Shown here piece by piece: positions 19,667 through 29,336 of a DNA stretch of 64,000 nucleotides; position 1 is the stretch's first letter, and the number at the start of each line of letters is the position of its first letter. A model generated the notes under the pieces. That model saw only the letters and a list, made by a program, of their open reading frames with translations, was not told the DNA's origin and searched no databases. Both the position numbers and the translations under genes were made by a program. The stretch is from the NCBI GenBank assembly GCA_965243395.1, contig CBDEUS010000001.1, forward strand, positions 672,001-736,000, written 5' to 3'. This stretch comes from Gammaproteobacteria bacterium (GTDB lineage Bacteria; Pseudomonadota; Gammaproteobacteria; UBA4575).

Positions 19667-20853
19667 AGTTTTTGTAAATGATGGGATGATTTTATATATT
19701 CGTTTGTCGATTTCGGTTGGAAATAAAGAGCTTGATGAATTTCTTCAGGCGTAATATCTAAAATTTTTGATATATGTTGCATGCGTTCTTCAGTAGACAT
19801 GCCTTTAAGTGCCGGATATCTTCTTAACAGAGCATTTTCACAGGTAAATCGACTTTGGTTTAATAAATGCACACCGCGATCCTGTCGCCAACTGAAACGT
19901 GCTATTGCGCGTAAATGTTCTATGATATTTCGCTTAGAGTAATCTGCATTTAATAATATTGGGCCTATTCTATTTTGCATTGACCATAACCATAGAATTA
20001 GCAATGCAATAAAAGCAAGACTCGCATGTTTTGCATATCTCCATATCAATGTAAATATCGAGTCAGACTGAGTGTTGTAAAGTAAAAGTATTTTATTCTT
20101 TAAGTGTTCTTCTCCAGAATTGAGCAACCACAGAAGATAAGCATGATCATTTTCGCCGATATTTGTATTGCTTAAAAAGTTATTATCACTTAATACGGTA
20201 AGTTTGCCTTTGCCAATATTATGTTGAAGCAAATGATAGCCATACGCATCTTTTAATGATAAAGAAGAGTTATTATTAACATCGATAAGTTGCGTATCTG
20301 GGTAAAAATCAATGCTAATTTTTTTACCATTTTTTAGAATATATTCTTGTACACTTTCGTCATAAGGGTAGGGGTTATCATCATCAAAATTGGTATATTG
20401 TGCCTTTATTCCATACTCATCTAATAATTGATTTTCTTCATTGTTTTCATACAAATCATCCCCAAAATAATCATATTTTTCCTCATTATTTACATACTTG
20501 AAGTTGGTGGCAGTGAAAATAAGATGTCCACCATTTTTTATCCAATTTTTTAAATTTTTAAAGTTTGTAGGAGAGAGTTTTGGGCCATAATCGTTTATCA
20601 GTATGGTTTGATTGGTATCATGAGCTTCAAGCAGTCGTGCTCGATTATTGTCACTTTCCACATCAAATCCTAATTCACGCAGAAAATATTCTGCGGCTAA
20701 GAATTTATTTCGCCTGGCTTTTGCAGAATAATCTGTTGTTTTTTCGACTTCTTTATACTCGAAATTTTCGTAAAACCACTTTGTGCCAGCAGCCGTAAGT
20801 ATGGTTACCAGGCCTATAAAAATAATCATCAATAAACGCTTGTCAGTGCTCAT
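19651..20853 (-). CDS. DUF4350 domain membrane protein
   Basis: N-terminal TM, W..NGGHL, GKGKLTVLSD..FLSN..IG..DHA; MoxR operon context. Confidence 0.8.
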   Translation of the reverse strand: MSTDKRLLMIIFIGLVTILTAAGTKWFYENFEYKEVEKTTDYSAKARRNKFLAAEYFLRELGFDVESDNNRARLLEAHDTNQTILINDYGPKLSPTNFKNLKNWIKNGGHLIFTATNFKYVNNEEKYDYFGDDLYENNEENQLLDEYGIKAQYTNFDDDNPYPYDESVQEYILKNGKKISIDFYPDTQLIDVNNNSSLSLKDAYGYHLLQHNIGKGKLTVLSDNNFLSNTNIGENDHAYLLWLLNSGEEHLKNKILLLYNTQSDSIFTLIWRYAKHASLAFIALLILWLWSMQNRIGPILLNADYSKRNIIEHLRAIARFSWRQDRGVHLLNQSRFTCENALLRRYPALKGMSTEERMQHISKILDITPEEIHQALYFQPKSTNEYIKSSHHLQKLWILQ

Positions 20854-22430
20854 GAAATATCCTGGTTATAGAGGAGTGCGTAGTGTTTAGACCAACCTTC
20901 ACGCAAATCAGCTAATGTTTCTTTGGAAGGTTCGCGATCTGCATAGGCAAGCATTATCCATGCATGAGTGAGAGACTTAAAAAATTTGGATTCATTTACA
21001 TCACGCTTTCTAGATACGATACTGGCGCATTCTTGCTCGGTTGCGCTGGCAGGAATTTCAATATCGCCATGATGAACAATTGCAGATAGTGTTGCTCTAT
21101 ACAATAAGCTTAAGGCTTCTCGATATTGTTTATTATTAATTAGAACTGAGAATGCCGCTAAAATATCTGCTGGTAAAGTATTTTTAGACATTTCCATACC
21201 CAAAATTTTATTAGGTATAGCTGCAGTTTGATTATTTGTTCTCTGCGTGGGTAAGTTGATCCAATTTAACCAATGTGAATATTTACTAATTAACCAAACT
21301 ATAAATCCTGCAATTGCGATCCAAATAATAATTTCTATTATTTTAAAACCTGCACTTACATCATCATCAAGCAAATTTCTAAACAACCATTCTAAAAAAT
21401 CTTTTAACCATTGCGGAGGCTCACTATTTTCGTCTTCAGAATCACTTCCAATGAATGTTAATTCTTTTTTAGTGATGGTCTTTCCGAAATCTTCATGTTT
21501 TAAGACTTCTTCTATAGTAGTTTTAGCATCATTTTTATCAATGTTTAGTGCATCGTCTGCATAGCTGTTATTTGGAAAAAGTGAAAAAGTCAGTAAACAT
21601 GATAGTAACGGCAAGCAAGCTAATATAACTCCTGATGATTTTTCATTATTTTGTTTAATAGTTGAAGTGTTACTTTCAAGGCGGTTTTTCATGCGCTTGA
21701 AGCCTAATTCAATATCCCAACCTTCAAGCTTTATTCTTCGGGTAATGTATAGAGCGAAGCCGGACGCCACATAGATAGGCGCCATGATGGAAATGCAAAT
21801 AAAATACGCTATGTTATTAATAGCCAATAAGATGGAACCTTCACCACCTAGCCATTCTAATAATGATAAATCATCATTTAATTCTGATGGAATTAATGCA
21901 AATAGAAAAATTAGTAATGATGTATAAAGTAAATATTCTATATGCACACATATTATTGTTAACCACTGGGCGGCACTACTTTGTTGCGCATGAAGAACAT
22001 TCAATCTAGATCTACGCTCTTTGCCTTTGAGACCTTCTAACATTGCAACAGGATTGTTGAATGATCGGCTTAAGCTAAGTCTGCGCCATAATAGCAATGC
22101 AGCTAATTGCGGTTTAATAATTTTAAAATAATCTTTTAATACATCACGTAATGTGACAGGTTCAGAAAATAATTGCCGGCTTAATATGAATAGTAATGGT
22201 TGTTCATATAACGGCTTGCCCCACCAAAAAAGTATAAATAAGAAGATGCTCAATGTTTCATCTTCAACACTATACATAAGTATCATTGCGATAATAAAAA
22301 CAGGTAAAGCACCTATGAGCCATGCACCCCATAAGCGTAAAAACCACTGTCTTGCGAGCGTACAACCTAAATCTATCGCTTCCCAGTTAGAGCGTTTGCG
22401 TAAAGCAATTGAAAGATTTTCAACTTGCAC
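20850..22430 (-). CDS. DUF4129 domain membrane protein
   Basis: LR.RS.WEAIDLG N-terminus, LY..RR..LEGWDIEL, REALSLLYRA...TE.EC; GTG 22430 preferred as start. Confidence 0.8.
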   Translation of the reverse strand: MQVENLSIALRKRSNWEAIDLGCTLARQWFLRLWGAWLIGALPVFIIAMILMYSVEDETLSIFLFILFWWGKPLYEQPLLFILSRQLFSEPVTLRDVLKDYFKIIKPQLAALLLWRRLSLSRSFNNPVAMLEGLKGKERRSRLNVLHAQQSSAAQWLTIICVHIEYLLYTSLLIFLFALIPSELNDDLSLLEWLGGEGSILLAINNIAYFICISIMAPIYVASGFALYITRRIKLEGWDIELGFKRMKNRLESNTSTIKQNNEKSSGVILACLPLLSCLLTFSLFPNNSYADDALNIDKNDAKTTIEEVLKHEDFGKTITKKELTFIGSDSEDENSEPPQWLKDFLEWLFRNLLDDDVSAGFKIIEIIIWIAIAGFIVWLISKYSHWLNWINLPTQRTNNQTAAIPNKILGMEMSKNTLPADILAAFSVLINNKQYREALSLLYRATLSAIVHHGDIEIPASATEQECASIVSRKRDVNESKFFKSLTHAWIMLAYADREPSKETLADLREGWSKHYALLYNQDIS

Positions 22431-23409
22431 GTGGGCCTCGTCCTGCAAACAATAAATAGAAAATAACAATCGCCCACAAAATGGCGGCAATGAAATACTT
22501 TGAATTTGCGCTAACAAATGAAGAAGGTGACCAGAATGCCTCAATAAATGCAGCAACGACTAGCATTAATGCTGCTCCCATGACTAATTGAATAGAATCT
22601 TTGCCGATAAGCTTTAGAGCATCTAATCTGTGTAAATTGCCAGGTGAAAAAATAGGTTTAGCTATAAGCAAACCTGCCATACCACAAATTACGATAGCGG
22701 TTAACTCAAATGAACCGTGGCCCGATACGAAGGACCAAAAGGTTTCTATAAAACCAAGCTGAGTTAGATATCCGGATACACCACCAATTATTAAACCGTT
22801 ATAAATTAAAAAAAATAATGAACCAATTCCTAAAATAATTCCGCTTGCAAAAGTACGAAAGCCAACGGAAATGTTATTAAAAATATAATAACCAAACATC
22901 ATAATATCTGTGTCTGCTTGTCTGTCTTCTTCGCGTCCTAAATTTCGATTTTCAGGATCATACATATACTCCATACTGGCAACTGAAATTGGATCCATGA
23001 CACTGTATATGATTTCACTATTTTTAAAGCAGACAATGCCCATTGTGATTGCAGGCACATAAAATAAAGCCGCTGCAAGCCAAAATGCTTTATAGTGTCT
23101 TCGGACTAAATTTGGAAAGCTACTACTAATAAATTCAAATACTCTCCACAACCAAACCGTTTTGTTTCGGTATATTATCTCGTGTCCTTTTAATACTAAG
23201 TTATGCAATCGCTGTGTGAGTACTGGGCTATAATGTCTTTGTTTTGCAATTGCAAAATGGTTGCATATTTTTCGATATTGTTTTGGTAATTTATAGCGTT
23301 CCTGAAGACTTGAGGCCTGCTTCTTTTTATTCTTATCAAGATCATTAACCAAATATTCAAATTCTTGCCAGAATGACTGATATTTCTTTTCGAATTGAAT
23401 CTGTTTCAT
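22420..23409 (-). CDS. SpoIIM (DUF95) family membrane protein
   Basis: YIFNNISVGFRTFASG, NGLIIG, HGSFELTAI, AAFIEAFWS motifs. Confidence 0.88.
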   Translation of the reverse strand: MKQIQFEKKYQSFWQEFEYLVNDLDKNKKKQASSLQERYKLPKQYRKICNHFAIAKQRHYSPVLTQRLHNLVLKGHEIIYRNKTVWLWRVFEFISSSFPNLVRRHYKAFWLAAALFYVPAITMGIVCFKNSEIIYSVMDPISVASMEYMYDPENRNLGREEDRQADTDIMMFGYYIFNNISVGFRTFASGIILGIGSLFFLIYNGLIIGGVSGYLTQLGFIETFWSFVSGHGSFELTAIVICGMAGLLIAKPIFSPGNLHRLDALKLIGKDSIQLVMGAALMLVVAAFIEAFWSPSSFVSANSKYFIAAILWAIVIFYLLFAGRGPRAS

Positions 23410-23421
23410 GATTTAATAATT

Positions 23422-24099
23422 TTATTGGCCCTTTAATAACCAATTTGCATATTTGTGAAGTTCTTTTACAGATGCATCATTTTGTTTACCCGTTAACTGA
23501 GTGAGAATGTTGCTAAGTTCTTGTTGACGAGGAATAGACAAGAATTCATGTCGTTCTGCAAAATCTAAAATAGAACGCTGTTCAGTAATCGTTAATGGTA
23601 AAGGTAAGGGAATGGGTTCAGCAGAGGGAGCATTAATTTTTGAATTTTTATTATCTCGATAAACAACAACTGTACCAGCGGCAAGATCACCAAGCCTTTT
23701 AAAGTCACGATTAATAAACATGGTAAGTAGCCCTAATGCATATGCAAAAGGTAAAAAGTCAGCTACACGTAGTAAATTTCTTAGCATCGAGCTTTGCCAA
23801 TTTACAGGTGTTCCATCATCATGACATACATATAAATTGAGAATTTTTTTGCCGGGTGTGGCGCCTTGGTAAAGTTCGAAAAGGACTGGATAAAACCATT
23901 CGACAATAAAAATGATTAATAAAATTAATCCCCAACCTACAGCGCCCAACCAGATCAATACAAAATATGCAGCAGTCTGAATCGTTGAACGAATAATAAA
24001 ATCGATCAACCAAGCATTGATACGAATAATCGGCCCTGCTAGGCGTAATTCCAGATCTACCCCTTCCGGTACTTCAAATTTACGAATCGTGTCTAACAT
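23422..24099 (-). CDS. RDD family membrane protein
   Basis: PEGVDL.L.LAG...R..AWLID, GATPGK, RNLLRVAD, KRLGDLAAGT. Confidence 0.92.
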   Translation of the reverse strand: MLDTIRKFEVPEGVDLELRLAGPIIRINAWLIDFIIRSTIQTAAYFVLIWLGAVGWGLILLIIFIVEWFYPVLFELYQGATPGKKILNLYVCHDDGTPVNWQSSMLRNLLRVADFLPFAYALGLLTMFINRDFKRLGDLAAGTVVVYRDNKNSKINAPSAEPIPLPLPLTITEQRSILDFAERHEFLSIPRQQELSNILTQLTGKQNDASVKELHKYANWLLKGQ

Positions 24100-24509
24100 C
24101 AGGATAAAAGATTAAATTTTTATTAGATAACATCCAGAAGTCATTGATAAATATGTCAATAATTCCTGTGAGATTTTACTTATCAAGGCTGTTTCTTCAG
24201 CCATAAATACCATGGAGTTACTCATTAATGAGTCAGACGGCATAAATGTATATCGGAGATTGGCGAATGGCTAGTAATAGATTTTTCCCCTTGAGCGCAG
24301 TATATGGTTTTGCTGAATTTGGGAGCATGTCTAAACTTAGGATGAGGAATGCAAGCCAAGTCAAATTGTCTAAAAGTATCTTGAAAAATCTAAATTAAAT
24401 TATATCTCTATATGATTATCAGGTTTGCAAAATTAGCAAATAATGGATACTGAAAATTGCCGCAATTAAACTTATATATAGTAGTCATTATGTAAATTAG
24501 GAGAATGTA

Positions 24510-24896
24510 ATGTTTAACCCACTCAGTATTCCGTTTGGATGCGTAATGTTATACAACGTTGTAAAGTTAAAAGAAAATGTTTCTGAAGAAGATGTTCAGT
24601 TAGCATTAGGTGAAATGTGTAATGTTGTAAAAAATAAATATGGAGATGATAAAGGCGGCTTTATAGGCGGTCAGGTGTATAAGTTTTCTGGATTTATATC
24701 TGATGAGGGTTCTATTGCTTCTCAAAAACAAACAGAAGACCATATTGCAATCGTTACATATTGGCAGTCATTTGAGCAGCATGAAAAGTCCCATGCAGAT
24801 AGTGTTTTCAAAGAAAAGTTTGAAGCATTAGGAAATTATGCCAGTGAAACCTATGAAATAGGTTATGAAATGCTATGGCAGGGCGAGCCAGAATAG
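24510..24896 (+). CDS. Dimeric alpha/beta-barrel protein resembling the N-terminal catalytic domain of sulfur oxygenase reductase
   Basis: AGGAG SD; GEMC37, GFIGGQ, TYWQSFEQH91EKSH95, YE116IGYE match SOR motifs by eye; product call is inference. Confidence 0.6.
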   Translation: MFNPLSIPFGCVMLYNVVKLKENVSEEDVQLALGEMCNVVKNKYGDDKGGFIGGQVYKFSGFISDEGSIASQKQTEDHIAIVTYWQSFEQHEKSHADSVFKEKFEALGNYASETYEIGYEMLWQGEPE

Positions 24897-24919
24897 AGCA
24901 ATTGTTTGAAATTAGTGCT

Positions 24920-25465
24920 TTAGGATGATTTAGAAGCAGTTTTCTTCTTTTTTGGTGGCTTACGTTTATTGCGTTTAGGCCCTAATGTAAACCAATATTC
25001 TTTTGTGAGAGCATGAAAATAATCCGCCTCATCTGTTAACAATTTAGAAGTAGTACTTTGAACAGCGGCTATTTCAACTCGCACTCCTTCGCCTTTAAGA
25101 TGTCTTACAAGTTCTATATAGTCAGAGTCGCCAGACATGATAATAATAGTGTCGACTTTACTGGCCACTTGGGTAGCCTTGATTGAAAGTGGAATATCAG
25201 CACTTTTATGACAGGGTCGAACAGAGCCATGGTAAAACTCATGTAATCGTTCTTGGAGTTTTTGGGATATTTGTTTACCTTCACGAAAATATATTAATCG
25301 GCTAAGACCTCTGTTATCCAATAGTTTTGGAATGAGAGTGTCGAAATTGAGCATGGAGTTTTCATCGCCTGTCTCAGTGTGAATGCTGCGCTCGATGTTG
25401 TTGCCGTCAATTAATATCGCAACGGATTGACTAATCAGCACGCCTTCTTTTTGTGTAGATGCCAT
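24920..25465 (-). CDS. NYN domain (LabA/DUF88, PIN-like) protein
   Basis: ILIDGNN, KSAD, SGDSDY..LV..LK..G.RV, L...AD.F motifs; Lys-rich tail. Confidence 0.9.
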   Translation of the reverse strand: MASTQKEGVLISQSVAILIDGNNIERSIHTETGDENSMLNFDTLIPKLLDNRGLSRLIYFREGKQISQKLQERLHEFYHGSVRPCHKSADIPLSIKATQVASKVDTIIIMSGDSDYIELVRHLKGEGVRVEIAAVQSTTSKLLTDEADYFHALTKEYWFTLGPKRNKRKPPKKKKTASKSS

Positions 25466-25563
25466 AAATGTATTCTAGCGCTTAATATGAGAAGGTTACA
25501 AACCGAATGGTTAAAATGATAAGCAAATAATTTTGCATATACCTATGATAGTTCAATGAAGAT

Positions 25564-27312
25564 ATGGATGTTTTACGTTTAACAAACCAGGAATTTTATA
25601 ATCGGCTACATTCGCATATTAGAAAAATCTATAGCGAAAACTCTGCTATACAAGTTGTTGAAAATATTTTGGAAATATTTTCTGATTTGCAGCCTTTAAA
25701 AGAACAAGATGCAAATAGTTTAGAACCTTGGAGTCAAAGTGATATTTATCTAATTACATATGGCAATTCAATTCTCTCAGGTTCAAATAAGCCTTTAGAG
25801 GTTTTACATCAATTCCTTACAAAGTACTTGAAAGGTGTAGTTAGCACGGTTCATATATTGCCATTTTTCCCGTATAGCTCTGATGATGGATTCGCAGTGA
25901 TTGACTATAAGCAAGTCAATACAGAGCTGGGTGATTGGCAGGATATTAAAAAAATCTCTCAACAATTTAACTTGATGGTTGATTTAGTCATAAACCATAT
26001 CTCTTCTGAAAGTGAATGGTTTATACAGTTTTTAAATAACGAGGAACCAGGTTGTAATTATTTTATTACAGCTGATGAAAAAGATGATCTGTCCAAAGTG
26101 GTACGTCCTCGTGCAAGTAATCTATTGCAATCAGTAGAAACAAAAAACGGCATCGAAAATGTTTGGTGTACTTTTAGTCATGATCAAATCGATTTGAATT
26201 TTTCAAACCCTGATGTATTGATAGAATTTATAAAAATACTTAGTTTTTATATGCGGCAAGGTGTGCGAGTTATACGTTTAGATGCAATTGCATTTTTATG
26301 GAAAAAAATTGGTACAAACTGCATAAACCTTTCACAAACTCATGAGATTGTAAAAGTATTTCGATTAATTGTTGAACGTTATTTCCCAACCGCTTTATTT
26401 GTTACTGAAACGAATATTCCTAATATAGAAAATTTAAAATATTTTGGTAACTCTAACGAAGCCCATATCATTTATAATTTCAGTTTACCTCCTTTGTTGT
26501 TGCATGCAATGTGGTCAAGTACTTCAGAGCATTTAGTTCGCTGGTCTATGAGTTTGCCTCCTGCGCCTACAAACTGTACTTATTTAAACTTCACAGCATC
26601 TCATGATGGGATTGGTTTGCGTCCTGTAGAGGGAATTCTATCTGATGAGGTGACAGATGCATTAGTTGAAGGTATGCAAACATTTGGGGGGCAGGTAACA
26701 ACCAGAGCTATTACAGATGCTGGCGAGCGACCTTATGAGATTAATATTACTTGGATGGATGCCATGAAAGGCACCATTGAAGGTGAAGACAAATATCAAC
26801 TAGAAAGATTTTTATGTTCTCAGACAATTATGCTGGGTTTGGAAGGCATTCCAGCGTTTTATATTCATAGTTTACTTGCAGGTGAAAATGATTATGAGAA
26901 TTATGCTGCCACCAATCATAAGCGTGCGATCAATAGAGGTCAGTGGGATTATGATGAAGTGAATCAAATGTTAAGTGATTATACCTCTAAGTCTTGTAAA
27001 ATTTTTCATGATTTAAAACGACTAATTTCAATTCGATCCAAACAAGCAGCATTTCATCCTAATGCTACCCAATTTACATTGCATCTTGGAGCATCTTTAT
27101 TTGGGTATTGGCGCCAAAGTATGGATCGTGAACAAAGTATATTTGCAATTCATAATGTCACAAATAAAGAGCAGCCACTTTCCTTGTCTAACATAAATCT
27201 TATTTGTACTGATGCATGGGTTGATTTAATTGCATGGGATACAGTTGATTTGTCAACTGAAGTAATTACTTTGCAGCCTTACCAATGTTTATGGATTACC
27301 AATAAAAGTTAG
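25564..27312 (+). CDS. GH13_18 sugar phosphorylase, probably glucosylglycerate phosphorylase (YcjM-like)
   Basis: LITYG, HILPFFPYSSDDGF, RLDAIAFLWK nucleophile, TETN acid/base, ASHDGIG, PYEINIT; next to gpgS. Confidence 0.85.
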   Translation: MDVLRLTNQEFYNRLHSHIRKIYSENSAIQVVENILEIFSDLQPLKEQDANSLEPWSQSDIYLITYGNSILSGSNKPLEVLHQFLTKYLKGVVSTVHILPFFPYSSDDGFAVIDYKQVNTELGDWQDIKKISQQFNLMVDLVINHISSESEWFIQFLNNEEPGCNYFITADEKDDLSKVVRPRASNLLQSVETKNGIENVWCTFSHDQIDLNFSNPDVLIEFIKILSFYMRQGVRVIRLDAIAFLWKKIGTNCINLSQTHEIVKVFRLIVERYFPTALFVTETNIPNIENLKYFGNSNEAHIIYNFSLPPLLLHAMWSSTSEHLVRWSMSLPPAPTNCTYLNFTASHDGIGLRPVEGILSDEVTDALVEGMQTFGGQVTTRAITDAGERPYEINITWMDAMKGTIEGEDKYQLERFLCSQTIMLGLEGIPAFYIHSLLAGENDYENYAATNHKRAINRGQWDYDEVNQMLSDYTSKSCKIFHDLKRLISIRSKQAAFHPNATQFTLHLGASLFGYWRQSMDREQSIFAIHNVTNKEQPLSLSNINLICTDAWVDLIAWDTVDLSTEVITLQPYQCLWITNKS

Positions 27313-28520
27313 GCGTTATCTTCAGATACTGCTTTGTATAAGTTTGTAAAAATATCTGGGATTGCACTTGCAACGCGCGACCATGTTGGCATGAAAGGTG
27401 TTTCCATAGGATTAGATAAAAACTTGTCACCTGCATCCATAATATTCTGTGCGAATAGCTCTACAGTGCTTTCTTCTTTATGCCGATCTACTGTTAATTC
27501 GTTCATAGCTGCATCGTTCGAATAATTATCTATTAGATCTAATGCGCGTCGATAATATGCGGCTTTAATTGTACGAAACTGTTCAGGTGTTAATGTAATA
27601 CCATGAGTAGCTAGCTTACGATAAATGATTTTGGAAATGTCTATACTCATTTTCGAAAGTCCTGCATTTGGATTATTTTCTGAAAGACTCTGATGTTTAT
27701 GATCGTAACAATCAGCTATATCGACTTGGCAAATGCGTTGGTTTGAATATCTACGGTACATTTCAGACAGAATACCGATCTCTAACCCCCAGTCACTCGG
27801 TATACGCAAAGAATTAACTACACCTGCGCGCATAGAAAACTCACCGGCCAATACATAACGGAAACTACCTAAAAAGTCTAAATAATCATGCGGTCCAACA
27901 GATTGTTTTAGAGCCGTGAGAAGCGGTAACACTAATAATCGTGATACTCGGCCCGAAAAATTATTTTCATGTGCACGATAGTAATACCCCTTACAAAATA
28001 CATAATCAAAAGTGGGGTGATTGACCGGATATAATAGTTTTGCAGGAATGCTTCGGTCATATGTCAATACGTCACAGTCATGCAGTGCAACTGCCTTAGA
28101 TTTTCCAGATGCAAGGAAATAGCCGAGGCAATACCAAACGTTACGGCCTTTTCCAGATTGCTCAGGCGCTAAACTATGTTCATTAATATCTTGATCAATT
28201 TTTCTAAGCTTTGGTCCATCGTTCCATAGGATGACGTGATGTTGTGGAAGTTTATTGAAAAATTCCCGTGCGTGGTCAAATTCTTCCTTGTTGGCTGCAT
28301 CTAGGCCAATAATAATTTCAGATATATACGAAGCTTTAGTAAGTTCTTCAATAATATTACTAAGTGCTGGACCGTGAAGTTCTGAATACAAACAAGGCAA
28401 GATTAGTGACATAGGGCGTGACTTGCTCCATTGGTTTAATTCTTTTTCTATCGACTCAGTGCTACGGTCTGTTAAATTATGTAACGTCGCAATCACACCG
28501 TTTTGAAAAAAATCTGTCAC
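27309..28520 (-). CDS. gpgS: Glucosyl-3-phosphoglycerate synthase (long type)
   Basis: DFFQNG..TLH, GKGRNVW, HDCD, KGYY.R, GRVSRL, Y.LAGEF, DWGLEIG, YDHKHQ; upstream phosphatase overlaps by 4 nt. Confidence 0.82.
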   Translation of the reverse strand: MTDFFQNGVIATLHNLTDRSTESIEKELNQWSKSRPMSLILPCLYSELHGPALSNIIEELTKASYISEIIIGLDAANKEEFDHAREFFNKLPQHHVILWNDGPKLRKIDQDINEHSLAPEQSGKGRNVWYCLGYFLASGKSKAVALHDCDVLTYDRSIPAKLLYPVNHPTFDYVFCKGYYYRAHENNFSGRVSRLLVLPLLTALKQSVGPHDYLDFLGSFRYVLAGEFSMRAGVVNSLRIPSDWGLEIGILSEMYRRYSNQRICQVDIADCYDHKHQSLSENNPNAGLSKMSIDISKIIYRKLATHGITLTPEQFRTIKAAYYRRALDLIDNYSNDAAMNELTVDRHKEESTVELFAQNIMDAGDKFLSNPMETPFMPTWSRVASAIPDIFTNLYKAVSEDNA

Positions 28521-29326
28521 TCTAATAACTCCTGAAGTAATTCAAGTAATGCATCATTCCAACCTTGTGGGCCAGAATGTTTGGCAATCTTAAGGGTAAC
28601 ATGATTATCAATGCACATTTTTGGTGCGTGTGGATTGGGAATAACGATGCCATAGGTTGCATTTTCCAGCATTTTTAAATCATTAGGACTGTCACCTAAA
28701 GCAATTGATGTAATTTGATTGTTGTAGTAGCTGGAAAATTGTTCAATTAATAATGACATTGTTGTAGCTTTATCGTGTTTACCCATTACATGATGAAAAC
28801 GTCCACCGCTAACTAAAGTTAGATTATATTGAGCAAGTTGCTCGCTAAATGTCTGAAGCTTGGGATCTTCATCCAACCATAAGAGTGGTTCAGTACTATC
28901 GCGCTGATTTGCGTATATAGCCTGTTGTTTTGATAGACCTGTATATTTAATCAGTTCTTCGAGACTCATTTGCTTAAAACTTTTAAACTTGTATGTATCT
29001 TCAAATTTTTTCAATATTTGGTTAATTTCATCACGAGGTATACCTATGATCGCTTTACAATATTGCTTATTGTTTTGTTTGTTTTTTGAAAAAAAATCAT
29101 TTGGTGTTGAAATAAGACCACCGTTTTCAGCAATAAACGGGTAAAAAAATTCAGTTTGATTACAAAGTTCTTCGATTTCTATTGCAGTTTTACTACTGGT
29201 AAATACTAAAGGTATTTGATTTTTTTGCAGATACTGTAAGCAAGGTTCTGCTGCAGCATAACTATAATTTTCGTGATCAAGCAGTGTGCCATCTAGATCT
29301 GTAAAAATAACAATATTTGTATACAT
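28517..29326 (-). CDS. Glucosyl/mannosyl-3-phosphoglycerate phosphatase (HAD-IIB)
   Basis: FTDLDGTLLD, SSKT..E, IAENG, GGRF.H, DKA, LGDSPND..ML. Confidence 0.88.
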   Translation of the reverse strand: MYTNIVIFTDLDGTLLDHENYSYAAAEPCLQYLQKNQIPLVFTSSKTAIEIEELCNQTEFFYPFIAENGGLISTPNDFFSKNKQNNKQYCKAIIGIPRDEINQILKKFEDTYKFKSFKQMSLEELIKYTGLSKQQAIYANQRDSTEPLLWLDEDPKLQTFSEQLAQYNLTLVSGGRFHHVMGKHDKATTMSLLIEQFSSYYNNQITSIALGDSPNDLKMLENATYGIVIPNPHAPKMCIDNHVTLKIAKHSGPQGWNDALLELLQELLE

Positions 29327-29336
29327 AAGAATCGAG

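Noticed and set aside
22431-22556. 42-aa N-terminal extension of the DUF4129 ORF
   Set aside because: Overlaps the SpoIIM gene; the recognisable N-terminus begins at GTG 22430
24205-24365. CsrB/RsmZ-like sRNA suggested by several GGA motifs
   Set aside because: Few true ANGGA motifs, no regular hairpin array and no terminator
24920-25465. NYN protein as a toxin or defence nuclease
   Set aside because: No antitoxin or defence neighbours; looks like an ordinary LabA/DUF88 protein
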